This document shows positions 1-12,573 of a stretch of 64,000 nt of DNA, piece after piece. How positions within the stretch are numbered: position 1 is the stretch's first letter; every line of letters begins with the position of its first letter. The DNA lies in assembly GCA_013265495.1 (NCBI GenBank), contig MU058636.1, positions 8,138,295-8,202,294 of the forward strand. Direction: 5' to 3'. The stretch is from Vicugna vicugna. Its lineage: Eukaryota. The translations under genes were made by a program, and so were the position numbers. Under the pieces are notes generated by a model. The model was not told the origin of the DNA. It searched no databases and was given only the letters and a program-made list of their open reading frames with translations.

Positions 1-1368
1 AATTAAATTCAGAACTCTAATATGATGGTGTTGAGTAAATCACTTATAACTGTAGTGTGAAGGTTAAAAGACAAAAGTATTAAAAATAACTATAACTACA
101 ATAATTTGATAATGGATACACAAGATAAAAAGTATGAAAATTGTGACATCAAAAAATGGGGTGGGGAGGAGTGCAAAAATGTAGGGCTTTTGTATGCATC
201 TGAAGTTAAGCTGTTACCAGCTTAAAATAGACTCGTTACAATAGTAAGATATTTAATGGAAGCCTCATAGTAACTTCAAAATAAACCTATAGTAAATACA
301 GAAAAGATAAAAGAAATCAAAGCACACCACTACAGAAAATGATCAAATCAAAAGGAAGAGAGCAAGAGGAAAAGAAAGAAACAAAGGAAAATAGGAACAG
401 AAAGTCCATGTATATCAATAAATACTTTAAATGGACTGAATTCTACAAAAGACAATAAAAAAGACCAATAAATTGAAGGATTGTGGTTTTTCTGGAAAAG
501 GTAGTTGATAAGCCTTTAATTCAACTACTAAAAAAGAGAGAAGACTAAAATAAATAAAATTTAAAGTGAAAGAGGGGACTTTACAACTGATAACACAGAA
601 ATACTAAGGATCATAAGAAACTACTATGAACAATTATACACCAACAAATTGGACAGCCTAGAAAAAGCTTTTTAGTCTATTGGAGTCCCACTTGTTTAAT
701 TTTAAATACTAAAGGAAATTAAATCACTATCTCAAAGAGATATCTGCATCTCCATGTGCATTGTAACCTTATTAACAATGGCAAAGGCATGGAAACAACC
801 TAAGTGTTCACTGACGAATGAATGGATAAAGAAAATGTGGTATATAGACACAAAGGAATATTATTCAACCTTAAAAGAAAACCCTGCCATTTGGGACAAC
901 ATGAATGGACCTGGAAGGCATTATGCTAAATGAAGTAAGCTAGACAGAGAAAGACAAGTACTGCATGGTATCACTTATATGTGGAATCTTAAAAAAAGTC
1001 AAACTCATGGAAACAGAGATGAGAAGAGTGGTTGCCAGGGGATGGAGGAAATGGGGAGTTTGGTAAAAGGATAAAAACTTTCAGTTATAAGATGAATAAG
1101 GTCTGAGGATCTGGTGTATAACATGGTGACTACAGTTGGTAATAATACTGTACAATTCAAATTTGCTAATAAAGTAGAACTTAGTTGTTCTCAGCACACA
1201 CACACACACAGATAAATATGTGAGGTGATGGATATGTTAACTAACTTGATGGGAATAATCCTTTCACAATATATAGATTATAGCAAATCATCACATTGCT
1301 TGCTTTAAATATTGTATGATTTTGTTGTGTTATTTATATATCGGTAACATGAAAAAAAGTAAAAAAAG
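1..1368 (+). mobile_element. LINE-1 (L1MA8-10-like 3' end), internally deleted and rearranged
   Basis: Inter-ORF-like sequence 1-390; ORF2 start remnant ~400-445; ORF2 segment ~450-665 (TTDNTEILRIIRNYYEQLYTNKLDSLE); ORF2 end plus 3' UTR 704-1368 (GAATGGATAAAGAAAATGTGG, GGTTGCCAGGGG) ending in an A-rich tail. Confidence 0.9.
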
Positions 1369-1764
1369 AAGTTGCATTTCTTAAGGGAACAAATGGGCTT
1401 TGGCCAGTCTGTAGCAGATCTTCCAGGATAAAATCTAAATTTCTCAGAATGATGCATGTTCTTCTCAATGGTACAGCCTTCCAGTAACTCTTCCAATTTC
1501 ACTTCCCTTACTTCCTCCAATACTTAGTATATTCAGAGATTGTGAGTGTGGAGATCATGTTCTTTTATACACCACATTATCTTTACACTTGCTTTTCTCT
1601 TTGCTTAGAATACCCTGGCTCTTAAATACCGTCCTTGACCCTTCTTTCCCTTCCCTTACAAAGTGTCCTTTAGTGCTTGTGTCTTCTGTAACACGTGTTT
1701 GTAGAAGTCACAGCAGTGTTGTGATTGAAACATACAAAATTGCCAAGAGAGTTTCTTCTCTGGA

Positions 1765-2619
1765 CACCACGCTTTTCAGACCCGCTCAAGGCCTCTTTCC
1801 TATGGGGTAAGGCGTTCATAGGGCCAGGAGGATGTGCGGGTAACTGAATTCCTGGAATTTCCTGCACAAGTGTTCTTGAGCCTGCTTCTGGGGCTTCTTC
1901 CAGCCTCTTTTCAGTCTCCATCCTCCGGAGTGTGGCCTGCCCCACTGGCATGCACACACCTGGGCCCAAAGGATAGCTGAGGGCAATGGTTGCTTAAGGG
2001 TACAGCTCCCTCCTGACTGGCATATTCTGGTGTGGAACTAGGGGGAGTCTTCGGTCATTATGAGACTCTATAAATAGATAATATATATGATAGATAAAAT
2101 AATAAGTAGTATATATTTTATTTAACAGTTTATTAATTTGATTTTATACCTTTTAAGTATTTAGAACTGTGGCGTTGACAAAGACTCTCTCCTTGACCAA
2201 CTTTAGTCAAGTTCTTAACCTTTTTGTTGACTAGGTTTCAATTTTGGGCCCAATCCTCTTGCTGGGCCCAATTTTAGCAAGATTCTTGCTAAGTCAGTTT
2301 ATAGAGAATCTCCCCACGTTTGATACCTAATCACCCTGCCTGCTTTCAGCAAAAATCCTGTTAAGTTGAGTTAGCAAGAATCGCCCTACTTCATAATTTT
2401 CCATCTACTGACCTCCTCATCCGGTTCTTTGGCTATAAATTCCTACTCATTCTTCTTATACAATACAGAACTCTCCTTTTCCCTGACTGCAGTAGTTTCT
2501 GAATAAAATCCTGCTTTACAACTTTGACCAGTATTTATTTGGCTTTCAATCTCTTTGACAGTGTAAGAGACTTCATTTGTACTCTTCTCCAGCCTCCACA
2601 GAGATTATGGGTGGGCCTG
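1765..2619. mobile_element. hAT-Tip100-type DNA transposon remnant (MER115/Zaphod-like), split by an LTR
   Basis: Resembles remembered consensus on both sides of the LTR (TATTTAACAGTTT...TTTAAGTATTTAGA | CATTTGTACTCTT...GGGTGGGCCTG); family name tentative. Confidence 0.6.
2176..2560 (+). mobile_element. ERV1 solo LTR, MER31-like
   Basis: Starts TGACAAAGACTCTCTCCTTGACCAA, ends TTTGACA; TATAAA ~2434, AATAAA ~2502; 4-bp flanks GCGT/GTGT. Confidence 0.85.
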
Positions 2620-2629
2620 TTTATTATTT

Positions 2630-2835
2630 GCCAGTCACAATGCCAAGTGTCATTTATCATATGATCCACACAATAGCTATTGTTAGGTCCTATTGCTGAC
2701 TTTGGTTTACACACAATGAAACTGGGATACAGGGACCTTAACTAACTTTTTCAAAGTTCTCCCAGGTCAGAAGAGGCAGAGCTGGGCCTGGAATGGAGCT
2801 ATGGCCTGAGAGACTGACCTCTTAGCCACTGTCCC
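2630..2835 (-). mobile_element. MIR SINE
   Basis: ATGAAACTGGGATACAG...GGCAGAGCTGGG...CTTAGCCACTG matches MIR core reverse complement. Confidence 0.75.
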
Positions 2836-4049
2836 CTACTATAGGGCTATTAAAATGGCAATTGTGATTCTCATTTATTTTGAAGGGAATAAAACAGACT
2901 CATTAACCACAAGTTGTGAGGTTGTCTGGAGATAATAATCATCTGGGAATCTGTGACAAATTGTTGAGACTCCAAGGTTTGCCTTTTTAGACATGAGACT
3001 AACTATAAAAACTGCTTGCATTATCCTGTAATTAGTTCTGCCTTAAGCAGTGTAACTGCACAACAGAAAGAGCGGGTAATCTTGCTCAGATGGGAGATTC
3101 TCAAATAAAGGAGCAAAGGAGTTGAAGGAATCTACCTGAAACCTGAAAGGAAGTAGTATCATTTGTCATTTATCAACGAGTGTTAATAAGTGTGAGGAAG
3201 GTAGCCATTTGCTTATCTTGAGATGAAACAACAGTGCTCAAGAGTTCCATCAACATATACATATATTACTCCTCAGTTTTAGAATGTGCATTACTTGCAG
3301 GCAGGATCCACACTGTGTCTTTAAATACTCAACATTGGAGCACATCTTTACCCACTCAGATGCTAGAATTGTCATCTAATTTAGAACATCGCTCCTTGTT
3401 GGAACTTGGCCCCAGTGGAAGTTTACAGATCTGCAGGCAAACCTCCATTAGTGGTTTGCTTCTTTGCTCGTCATTTTTGTTTGTTCCTAATAAGATCAGT
3501 TTTTCATTTGAGAAATGACATTTTTTTGGGCTCTTCACATGACCATAAAAGTCCCAATCTCCTGATGATTTGTAAACCACAGGATACAGCAGCTGAAATG
3601 CATTAGTTTAATAATAAATTCAGGGAAAAGTTTGATGTTATAAAGTATGAATTATGCAAATATCTCACACTGACTAGTGGTCTTAATGGTGGCAATGTTT
3701 CAGCCACAGCTGGTTTCCTAATGTGCTTCAAGAGATATTTTTGCTGGTGATTTTGAAATTCTGAATTATTTCCAGGGTAATTCAGTCTCTCTAAGATTCT
3801 GCTTGCCCCTTACCCTGCTTTATCTTTCACAGTATTGCTGAATAGCTACCCAGCAAAGCATAGAGGAAACCGTGAATCATGGATGGAATCAGCGTGAAAG
3901 ATTCTGTGCTATCTCAATCCTCTAAGTGAGAAAAGGGAAAAGTATTTATGGCCAAGGAGATCATTAAAGACCTTGTGAAGGCAGATTAAGCTACATAGCT
4001 GTAGAGGAAGAGTCAACTATATTGACTGCTGCCTGTTAGGTAACTCTGC

Positions 4050-4950
4050 AGGGATTCCCAGTAGGCATCCCCATCTCACGCGCATCTCAAACGTAACACA
4101 TACAAAACTGAATTCCTGATCTTGCCCTGCACCAAACTGGCCCTGCCAAGGTCTTCCCCATCTCAGTTTATGGTAACTTCCTCCTCTTAGTTACTCAGTC
4201 CAAACATCAGGAAGTCATCTTTGTCTTTTTTTTTTTAAACATATAGAAAAAAATCCCTATTGCCTCTACTTTTCAAGTATATCCAGAATCCAACAACTTA
4301 CTCATTCTCAGCCTGATCCTAACCACAGTCACCTGAGTGCCTAGAGACACTGTGGTACATTCAAAATGGGCTTTCTGTTTCCAAACTTCTCATCCTTCTG
4401 TCAAGCTCTTTTCTGCATAGCAGTCAGAGTGATTCTTAGTTAGGTCATGCCAATCCTCTGCCTAAAACCCTGTAATAATTCTTCATCTCATTCACAGTAA
4501 AATTTAAGTCTCCTCTCCTCCACCTCCAGTTTCTGACCTCACCTCCTATTGCTCCATCCTCCAGCATCACCCGCTCTCTTGCCATTTCTTGGATACCCTC
4601 ATTGTGTCCCTGCTTGAGAGCCTTTGCACTTGCTGAAATGCTCCTTCTACTCCATGTCTTTGCTCAGATGGAATTTTTTAAATGAGGGATCCCTGACTCC
4701 CTGCTTACCCTGTTTAAGTTTGTAACTGTGTCCAATATTCCTTATCTCCTCCACTATGTTATTTTTCATCACAATTATCATAAGTAATTTAATTTACTTA
4801 TTTATTTTATTTATTTACCCCCACTAGAGTATAGATTCCATGACAGCAGGAATTTTCATCTGTTTCTTCACTGATGCAACCCCAGCAACTAGAACATTAT
4901 TTGGCATGCAGTAGGTTCCCAACAGACGAATACTGAGTGAGTAAATGAAG
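4050..4950 (+). mobile_element. L2 LINE 3' portion (L2a-like)
   Basis: CATCTCAAAC...AAAACTGAATTCCTGATCTT...CCACTAGAGTATAGATTCCATGACAGCAGG...GAGTGAGTAAATGAA terminus. Confidence 0.85.
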
Positions 4951-6274
4951 ATGAGAATAAAACTGTACTGAGACATGACTATGGCCTCTTCTCTTCACTG
5001 TTTAATTCTGGAACTAGTCCCAAGCATGGAGAACAACAGCCATGCTTATAGGTGCTTATGTATCAGAACATGTCTAAGGTTCAATGTGAGTAGGGGCCCA
5101 GGAAAATCATTTTGTATGAATTGATAAATTCTTCCATATGTATCACTCCTCTCTTTCTGTAACAGGAATAATTGAGATTGAACATATGGGATTTTAGAGG
5201 TAATTCTGAGACTTACAGGTAAAAATTAATTTTACCTAGAATTGAGGCAAATCTCAGACCAAGAATCAACAAGTGGGTTCAAAGAAATGCAGCAGGAAGC
5301 CTTTGGAAGTTTTTTGCGTGTTTTATACAAAGAAGTACTCATGCGTGTTAAGTATTGTGGACAGTTGTGATGGTACTGCAGGATTGGGGGTGAAAATGCA
5401 TATTTTCAAGCTTCTGTGATTGGAAAAGGAGCATCATACTTGGCTGCTCCATCTTCATAGTAGGTTTCATAATAGCCCTAGGGAATCATTGTTGCAGAAG
5501 ATTCCTGGAGAAGGGGAAGAGTGTGAAGGACCTGGGGAGATTCCATTCAACTTATACATTAATAAAATAACCATCCTTCCTTTTTTTCTCTTCTTGGTTT
5601 AAAAAATTCTCCCTGTTATTTTTCAACTTTTTTTGCTTGTTTTTTAGTTTCTTTATAATAATGTATGACTTGTCTGGATTTTCCATTTTTTAAAATTTGA
5701 CGTGTTGAGGGACACTGTTTTAAATCCTATGATTCTCCTGTGCCTAAACTAAATTTCTAAATTATATCATACATGGGGACTATAGCCAGGAGTCAAAAAC
5801 CTGGCAGCTAAAAACTTGGATTCAGTACAGGTTTTCTACTGTTCCCTGGACTCACTCACTATGACCTCTTGCTGGGTGGGGACTCCTCTCTCACTTTTCG
5901 AGTTCCTGGGGATTTCAAGGTTGAAAGTCAGATAAACACAAAAGTGATGATGTGACTTCGTTTGGAAAATATGTGACTTTATTTCTACATATTTCAGATG
6001 TGTGCTTTTTTGGTGACTAATGTAAAGCTATTGATATATTAAGAAAAAATATCTACATGTAAGTGTGTGCATACTTAAAAAATACCATGAGCTTTAAAAC
6101 ATAGTGTTTTATTGTTGTCTGACGTTGTGTGGTAGCTTACAGTCACTTTCGTTACTCTGTAGATGCCCAGCCTGGGAACAAACACTTGCACGTGGGTTGC
6201 TGAAGATTGATTCAGGGCGTGGAGTGAAGACTTAATGGCAAGGAGCCAAGAATAAGAACTTTTTGAGAAGCTGT

Positions 6275-6475
6275 TATTGTTCAAGTACTGTGTTAGGTGT
6301 TCCACTCACCTTAATCCATTTGATACTTAACAGCAAGCTTATCATGTAGCTGTTATTCCCCCTTCTTTACTAGGTAAGGAATGTTCAGTCTCAAATTGCA
6401 CAACTGGCCTAACGTTGTGCAGGGATTGTGGCTGAGCTGATATTCAAAGCTCCTAAGCTTGTGTAACTCTGAGCC
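6275..6475 (-). mobile_element. MIR SINE
   Basis: TACTGTGTTAGGTG...TTATTCCCC...GGCTGAGCTGATATTCAAA degenerate MIR. Confidence 0.6.
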
Positions 6476-7270
6476 CTGGTTCTTCCAACCTCCCCAGGCA
6501 GAAATTGGAGCCCCAGGGGCTTGAAAAATAAACATTTTCCCATTTTCTGGTCCAGTCATTGGCTCCCCTGCTTCCCTGGCCATCATTTCTTCCCAGTTTA
6601 TTGAGAATCGTGGTGCCATCTCTTGGGTTTTTCCTCTGCCACTTCTTTGGTCACTTTCTTATTGAGTTTAGTGAAAGTTTTGTTGTTGTTGTTGTTGTTT
6701 ACTGCTAAAGTTGGAATATTTTTTATTTGTTTGTTTAAGCTATCCTTTAAAATTTTTTTTTCATGGAGTTCTTTAAGTATAAACAGGGTTCCACATAGAC
6801 GTCCCAGGAAAACTCTGGCTAAACAAAGGATTTGAGTAAGATTTAACCAAAATACGAAGGAAAAACAGGCTTAAGTGGTTCTGAGCATTTTCTCAAAAAA
6901 ATTGGAGCAAGCACGAGCATGAAAAGCTGTATCATTTGAAAGCTATTCCCCCCCTTCACTATTCTCATGGGAATTTACATCAAAAGTAACAAAAACCCTC
7001 AAGATTATTTTGTTTTATGAGGTGTGGTAAGGGGATGGGATGGCAACTGAGTATACTGCTACTGGGCGGTAGCGTTGAACTTGGGGAGGCAGTGGCAGAG
7101 AGGCGGGAGACAGAGGTGGAGTTTTGACAGTCAGTATTCCCATTCTTCCTTTCTCACCCCGCAAATTTCTGATCTGCAACAACCTGGGGTGAGAGAAGGA
7201 GATAGTTTGAGGTATGAGTGGGCATAGAAAGTTATAAGATGCTTTAAAATATATTATTGTATTCAATCCT

Positions 7271-7596
7271 TGTAGCATGTAAGAAGTGGGTAGCATAGTG
7301 TACTGGCTTTGCAGCAGTAACAGCCTCCAGATATCAATGGTTTCCAACAACGAAGCTTGTCATTTATGTTTTCTGTGAGCTGTAGATCAGCTGTGTGCTT
7401 CTCTGCTTCCCATGTCCTCTTCATTTTAGAATCTGGGCTGAAAGAGCAGCTTCCTTACAGGCATACTGTTCTAATAGCAAAGAGATGGGACAGACATCAC
7501 ATTCCAGTGTACAAACCATGTCACATGATCAAGTCCAAAGATGATGGGGCGGAAATGTATATTCCTCTCCCAGGCAGATAGTAATATAATATAACA
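7271..7596 (-). mobile_element. MaLR LTR (old MLT1, K/L-like)
   Basis: GCAGCAGTAAC...TCAATGGTTT...GTCACATGATCAAGTCCAAAGATGATGGGGCGGAAATGTATATTCCTC. Confidence 0.6.
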
Positions 7597-7619
7597 CTGG
7601 CAAGTTTGATCATTGTGGT

Positions 7620-7740
7620 TGAGTTTCTTGTTTCACAAAAGTGGAAATCAAAGCATAAAGAAGTTAGATAAGTTGCCCAAATTCATACTACTGACAAGTG
7701 GCAGAGGCCAATTTTCAATCTCAAGTTCTGACCCAAGGCC
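7620..7740 (-). mobile_element. MIR SINE fragment
   Basis: AAGTTAGATAAGTTGCCCAAATTCATACTACTGACAAGTGGCAGAG. Confidence 0.7.
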
Positions 7741-9035
7741 ATTACGTTTGTATTATACCGACAAGAATGGCAACTTCATTTACCCATCCATCTTTGTCGC
7801 CATTTGCCTTGAGAAGTTTTCCTTCTAATGGCTTCCTAGAAAATTTATGTATTTAACCCAACGCCCATTATGCTTCCTTCTCTTTCAATCCTCCAATAAA
7901 TGGCTTTAACATAAACCTTGAAATTCAAGTGATTTCTATGTGAGAGAAGTATTTGAAAAGTTACAGATAGTTCATTCTTCGATGAAAGCTTGAATTGAAA
8001 AATAAAATCCCTTTTCAACACTGGAAGTAGAATAACTTAATTACAGTTTAGTAAAAGTGTATCCTCTCATATTTCTTTGTATCAATTAAAGACATCGTAC
8101 CAATCGAAGTTAAATGTAATTTACAGTGGTTGTTGTGTGGACCTTTAGTGATAAGGGATTTTGGGAGCATCTGCAGAATGAGCATTATTAACTGAAGTGG
8201 TGATATGACCCTGAATTGTTTCCAGCTCAGTCTCCTATGAGACTCAAGCCAACAGGGCTGCTGACTTTTTCCAGAATCCTTAGATTTCTCCATTTTTCTC
8301 CTCTCTAGATCTTGGCTTAGTGTATTGTTCCCTCAACCTGAAATGCTTCCAGCCTGCCCCACCTTCTCCCTCACACAGGTCTAATCCTAATAATCTTTCA
8401 GGCTCCATCCTTAAATGGTTTCTGCTCTAAGCAGACTTTTCCAGTCTCATCAAATGCGAATGCCAATCCTAGTAAAAAATCCAAGCAGTGCTTTACTGAA
8501 ACTCTAGTATCCCTTCTTATCTTTTTGCCCAATACTTTTCCTCTAAGAAATTTGCAACAAAGTTTTAAAATTTGAAATAAATTGAACTACTGTATTTGCT
8601 AAATTAAAAGTTTTATGGACAGTGTGTGGAGTTGATGCATGTTTTTATTACTTCAACAAATTGTTATTCAATGCCTTTCATTGCAAGGCACAGTTGACTT
8701 GCTGAAGGTGACATGACTATAGAGTGACAGACTCAGGTTTGAAATCCAGAATTGCTTGACTCCACAGCTAGTATCTTAACCACTACATAGATATCAAGAG
8801 CTAGAGGTTCCTGAATGCTGGGTGGCTTTACTGTTGGGCAGACACTAATTTGCTTTCTTTCCCTTAAGATTTTGTATAAAGTATTTCACCAATGCCTTCT
8901 TAAGCTCCTATTTAGTCTTTATTTAGTTTTAAAAAATTGCCACTGAAATAATTTTTCCCCCCATGAATCAAGATGGGCCCATTAAAAGTGAAATAACATT
9001 TTCTGGGTGGACTGTATCAAATAAATTGTACTGCC

Positions 9036-9364
9036 CAGGGGTAGATTCAGGTTTTGTGGGTCCTGAGCTTACAGAGTTTTTTTGACCCTCCTTAAGAAAA
9101 AGAAGATAGAAGTACAAATGCAAAAATTAGCATGATATATTTAGCATAGGAAAATAAATCATAATTTACTTGAGTAGTGGAGATTCAAATCCCTTTTTCC
9201 TAAGTGATCTGAGGCAATGTGCCAGAAATGCTTACATAGGCATGTTTCCTTCCACCTGGCTTCTGCTCCCACCCAGGATGCTTCATGGCTCCTGACCACG
9301 CCCACCACTCACAGGGACCCTGCGCATATGAGGGTTTATTCAGTTCCCAGTTGGACCACCCCTG
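9036..9364. mobile_element. Non-autonomous hAT-Tip100 element (Arthur1-like)
   Basis: Terminal inverted repeats CAGGGGT...ACCCCTG; 8-bp flanks GTACTGCC/GTCCTGGC (6/8), the hAT TSD length; CAGGTTTTGTGGGTCCTGAGCTT...TTAAGAAAAAGAA start. Confidence 0.75.
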
Positions 9365-9855
9365 GTCCTGGCATTTCAGAAATGATGGTCAAATGGCGTT
9401 GGTTTTATTCTCTTATGAGTTTTTGAGTTAATTTTTGGACTTCTTGGTACCTTTTCCCAAGAAATGGAGATATTTTAATAGGCTTTTGAGATACAAGAGT
9501 TCCTTTCCAATTAAAAAAATTGTCTTTTGGCCATAGCATTGATTGGACTACTGTCTTAGTAGAAGCAATTGGCATGAATATAATCTCCTTTTGGAAATAT
9601 TTAAATAGAATACAAAGTAAATAATAAAATTTGTTTCTTAAATGATGCTGTCACTAAGGGATTTAATTGAGGTTTATGTGGCTCAAACAGTATGTACAGA
9701 ATAACATTACATAATAATCAATCACTTCAATTTTTAAAAAATCTTGGAAATGATTTAACTTTGTTGAAGGATTTAAGACATTTTTTCCTTGAAGCTTTAC
9801 TGAAATATTGGCCCCATAAAGGCAATGAGACACCACTGAAAATTTGACTTTTTGG

Positions 9856-9889
9856 TGCAGTATTAAAAAAATGGCAGCAGAGGGCCTCA
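9856..9889 (+). promoter_or_regulatory. Candidate CTCF site with upstream (ZF9-11) module
   Basis: TGCAGTATT + 6-bp spacer + ATGGCAGCAGAGGGCCTCA core. Confidence 0.5.
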
Positions 9890-10699
9890 TTGCAATATTC
9901 TGGATTTTTCTATCTTCATGAAAGAACATTTTCTCTCCATTGTTCTGCTTGTTCTCTCATTTTGAAACTTGGAGGATGTTTATTTGGAAACATTTTTTAA
10001 AAAATACAAATTTTACAATATTGAGAATGTAGGGTGGAATTTAAACTTTGAAAACCATTACCATTTTTCCTTTTCCTGTGAAAATGTTGAAATTTTGATG
10101 TCTTTCTTCAGTTCCTTCCACAGCAGTAAGGAATTGTATACTTTCTTTGCTTTTTCTTTCAGGCTGTTACTCTCTTTATTAAGACCATCCAATTTTTGGC
10201 ATATTATTATAAAAATACATTTCATGCAAATTATATTACTTTATTCGAAAAAGGGATAAATTAACATAGCAGCAGTTCACAACATAATATCACACTTATT
10301 TCATCTTCCAGTTGCCTTCCAGCTAATTGTGCTCAAGTTTTAACAAAGTTATCTCCTAAAATTAAAAAAAAAAAAACTGTAGTTAAGTTGTAACTGTCAG
10401 ATGTTCAAAAGGAATGGGGTTGAGTACAGTTGACCCATGAATTAGCCTGCCTTAATTATTCTATGGGCTCATCTTGTGATTAGTTTGATGTGATCCTATG
10501 ATCAAGAAAGATACTGCACAGAAAACAAAAGGTCTGGCTGAGCTTCATATTCAGGGCCAATATGTTATTGAGATTAGATGAACCTTCTACTTTGCATATA
10601 TTTTACGTGATCCTCAAAACAAAATGCTAATAATGATGGCTACCAGTTAGATGATTTAGAATACACTCTATTATTTACCTTTTATGATAAAATAATGGT

Positions 10700-11350
10700 A
10701 TATTCTGATGTTTTCTGATAAAGCAATATACAGCAATAAAACTGGACAAAATTGTCAAAAACCACCATTTCATGGCTCTTAAATCGACCAAGGTCATACA
10801 ACAAATTGAGAAGCAGTTTATTCATGAAAAAATACTGAATATCAGATATGAACAATGGGAGTCTGTGGCATTCTTGCTTGGGGCTTTTCCCATCCACAGC
10901 CACCCCTAGGGTAGATTTGAAAAGAAATGAACAAGGTTCTGCAGAACAAGAAAACCAACTACTTCCCTGCCTGCGGGGGCTCACTTTGGAGCAGAGTGTG
11001 GAAAAACCTCACATCCAGCAGTGTTGTCAGTGAAGTACTAATTTTGATGGCAAATGATTGGGAAAGACCAATGGCTCAGGTAGCCTAAAGTGGCAGTCCT
11101 GGCGGGGGTAAGCAATGAATTAGTAGATGAGCCTGAAATTTAACAGGGAGATCTAGGAAATGAGACAGCCACAGAGGGCTTGGTAAACTCCACCTACCAC
11201 TCAGGAGAGACTGGAAAACCACACCCCCCATGCCCGCCCCCTGCTGCCCAAATTCACATATTCCTGGCCAAGCACTGAGACTGCATGTGCATATAGAGAG
11301 ATGCTGGAGGTCCTGGTGGGAAGTAAAAGCCAGGGCAGTGATAAAACCTG
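10700..11350 (+). mobile_element. Old L1 5' UTR fragment (L1M4/L1MC-type)
   Basis: AAAACTGGACAAAATTGTCAAAAACCACCATTTC...TTTAACAGGGAGATCTAGGAAATGAGACAGCC typical of old L1 5' ends. Confidence 0.6.
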
Positions 11351-11883
11351 ATTGATTAATTCAATGGCAAAACTTTAGGTTATTTAATTAGGGTTACAAA
11401 CCATGATAAGATTATATAATTTCTTCTATTTTTGAAAATTCTGTAATTTTCTAAATATTTAACCTATAAATACACTAGAATAGGGAAGCTCTGACCTTTT
11501 TCTATAAATGCTAAAATTACTGCTTGTTATAATAATCTTTACCACAAAAGGGAAATAATTATAGACTAATTTTGGTAGGGTAAACATTAATAACTTTTAA
11601 ATTTGCAATTAAAGTTTTTCAGTAATGGACTGTACTAATTTGTTACTCAGTTATTTCCTTTTGAAATGGACACACTCATAATATGTTTTCAAAAGTAGAC
11701 GACTTAGTGGAAACAACACAAGGAGGAGAAGCCGGCAAATGGAAGTCATCCACAATTTTGGGGTAACGGAGCAAACAACTAGAATGCAGTAGGGTGGAGC
11801 TGTGGAGTTGGGTTTGTTCATCCTCTATTTTCAAAGTGCTGTCTACGGACTCTATGGGTCCATCAGTGAACCATGAGCTAGTC

Positions 11884-12197
11884 TTTTTTGTTAGGATTAA
11901 CTTTTGCAGCAGTTTTAGTTTCACTGCAAAACAGTTGAGTGGCAAGTACAGAGAGTTACCATATAACCCCTCCCCTTACATGCACAGACTCCCCGACGAG
12001 GGACATCCTCCACCAGCCTGGTTCATTTGTCACAATCGGTGAACCTACATTGATACGTCATCATCACCCAAAGTCCATAGTTTACATTAGGAGGTCACTC
12101 TTAGTGTTATAGGTTGTGTGGATTTTGACAAATGTTTAATGACACGTATACCCTATGATAGTGTCCTACAGAGCAGTTTAACTGTTGTAAAGATCTG
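11884..12197 (-). mobile_element. L1MC1/2-like 3' end
   Basis: GCAGTTTTAGTTTCACTGCAAAA...GTGAACCTACATTGATACGTCATCATCACCCAAAGTCCATAGTTTACATTAGG. Confidence 0.85.
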
Positions 12198-12431
12198 GGC
12201 TAGGCTTTTGTTTGTAACATTTTCTCTCTCATACACATCGATACTGTTCTTTCTTGTATTTCTAATCCCGTCATGATTTTCTGTGACTTCAGGGGTGGAT
12301 AGGTAACTGACAAGCTGTTCTAATAACTGCATCTTTGCCCAGTGGTTTGCCACAGAGGTATAGTGGCTTATGGAACTGGATGGAGTTAGTAGTATGATCA
12401 CACCTCATTCTTTTTCTCCACCTACAGAAAT

Positions 12432-12573
12432 TAAAAAAAAAATTTTGCTTAACTTTTTATTGAAGTATAGTCAGTTTACAATGTGTCAATTTCTGGTGTA
12501 CAGCATAATGTTTCAGTCATACATAGACATATATATTTGTATATATATATATTCCTTTTCATATTCTTTTTTT
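12432..12573 (-). mobile_element. Short 5'-truncated lineage-specific L1 3' end
   Basis: Reverse complement resembles the 3' terminus of the L1 at 44750-44860 (TTTTATTGAAGTATAGTCAGTTTACAATG); CAGAAAT on both flanks as possible TSD. Confidence 0.75.

Noticed and set aside
5166..5218. Possible micro-exon (pyrimidine tract plus CAG; donors at 5200 or 5219)
   Set aside because: Stop codons in all three frames and no partner exons; a non-coding exon cannot be excluded without RNA data
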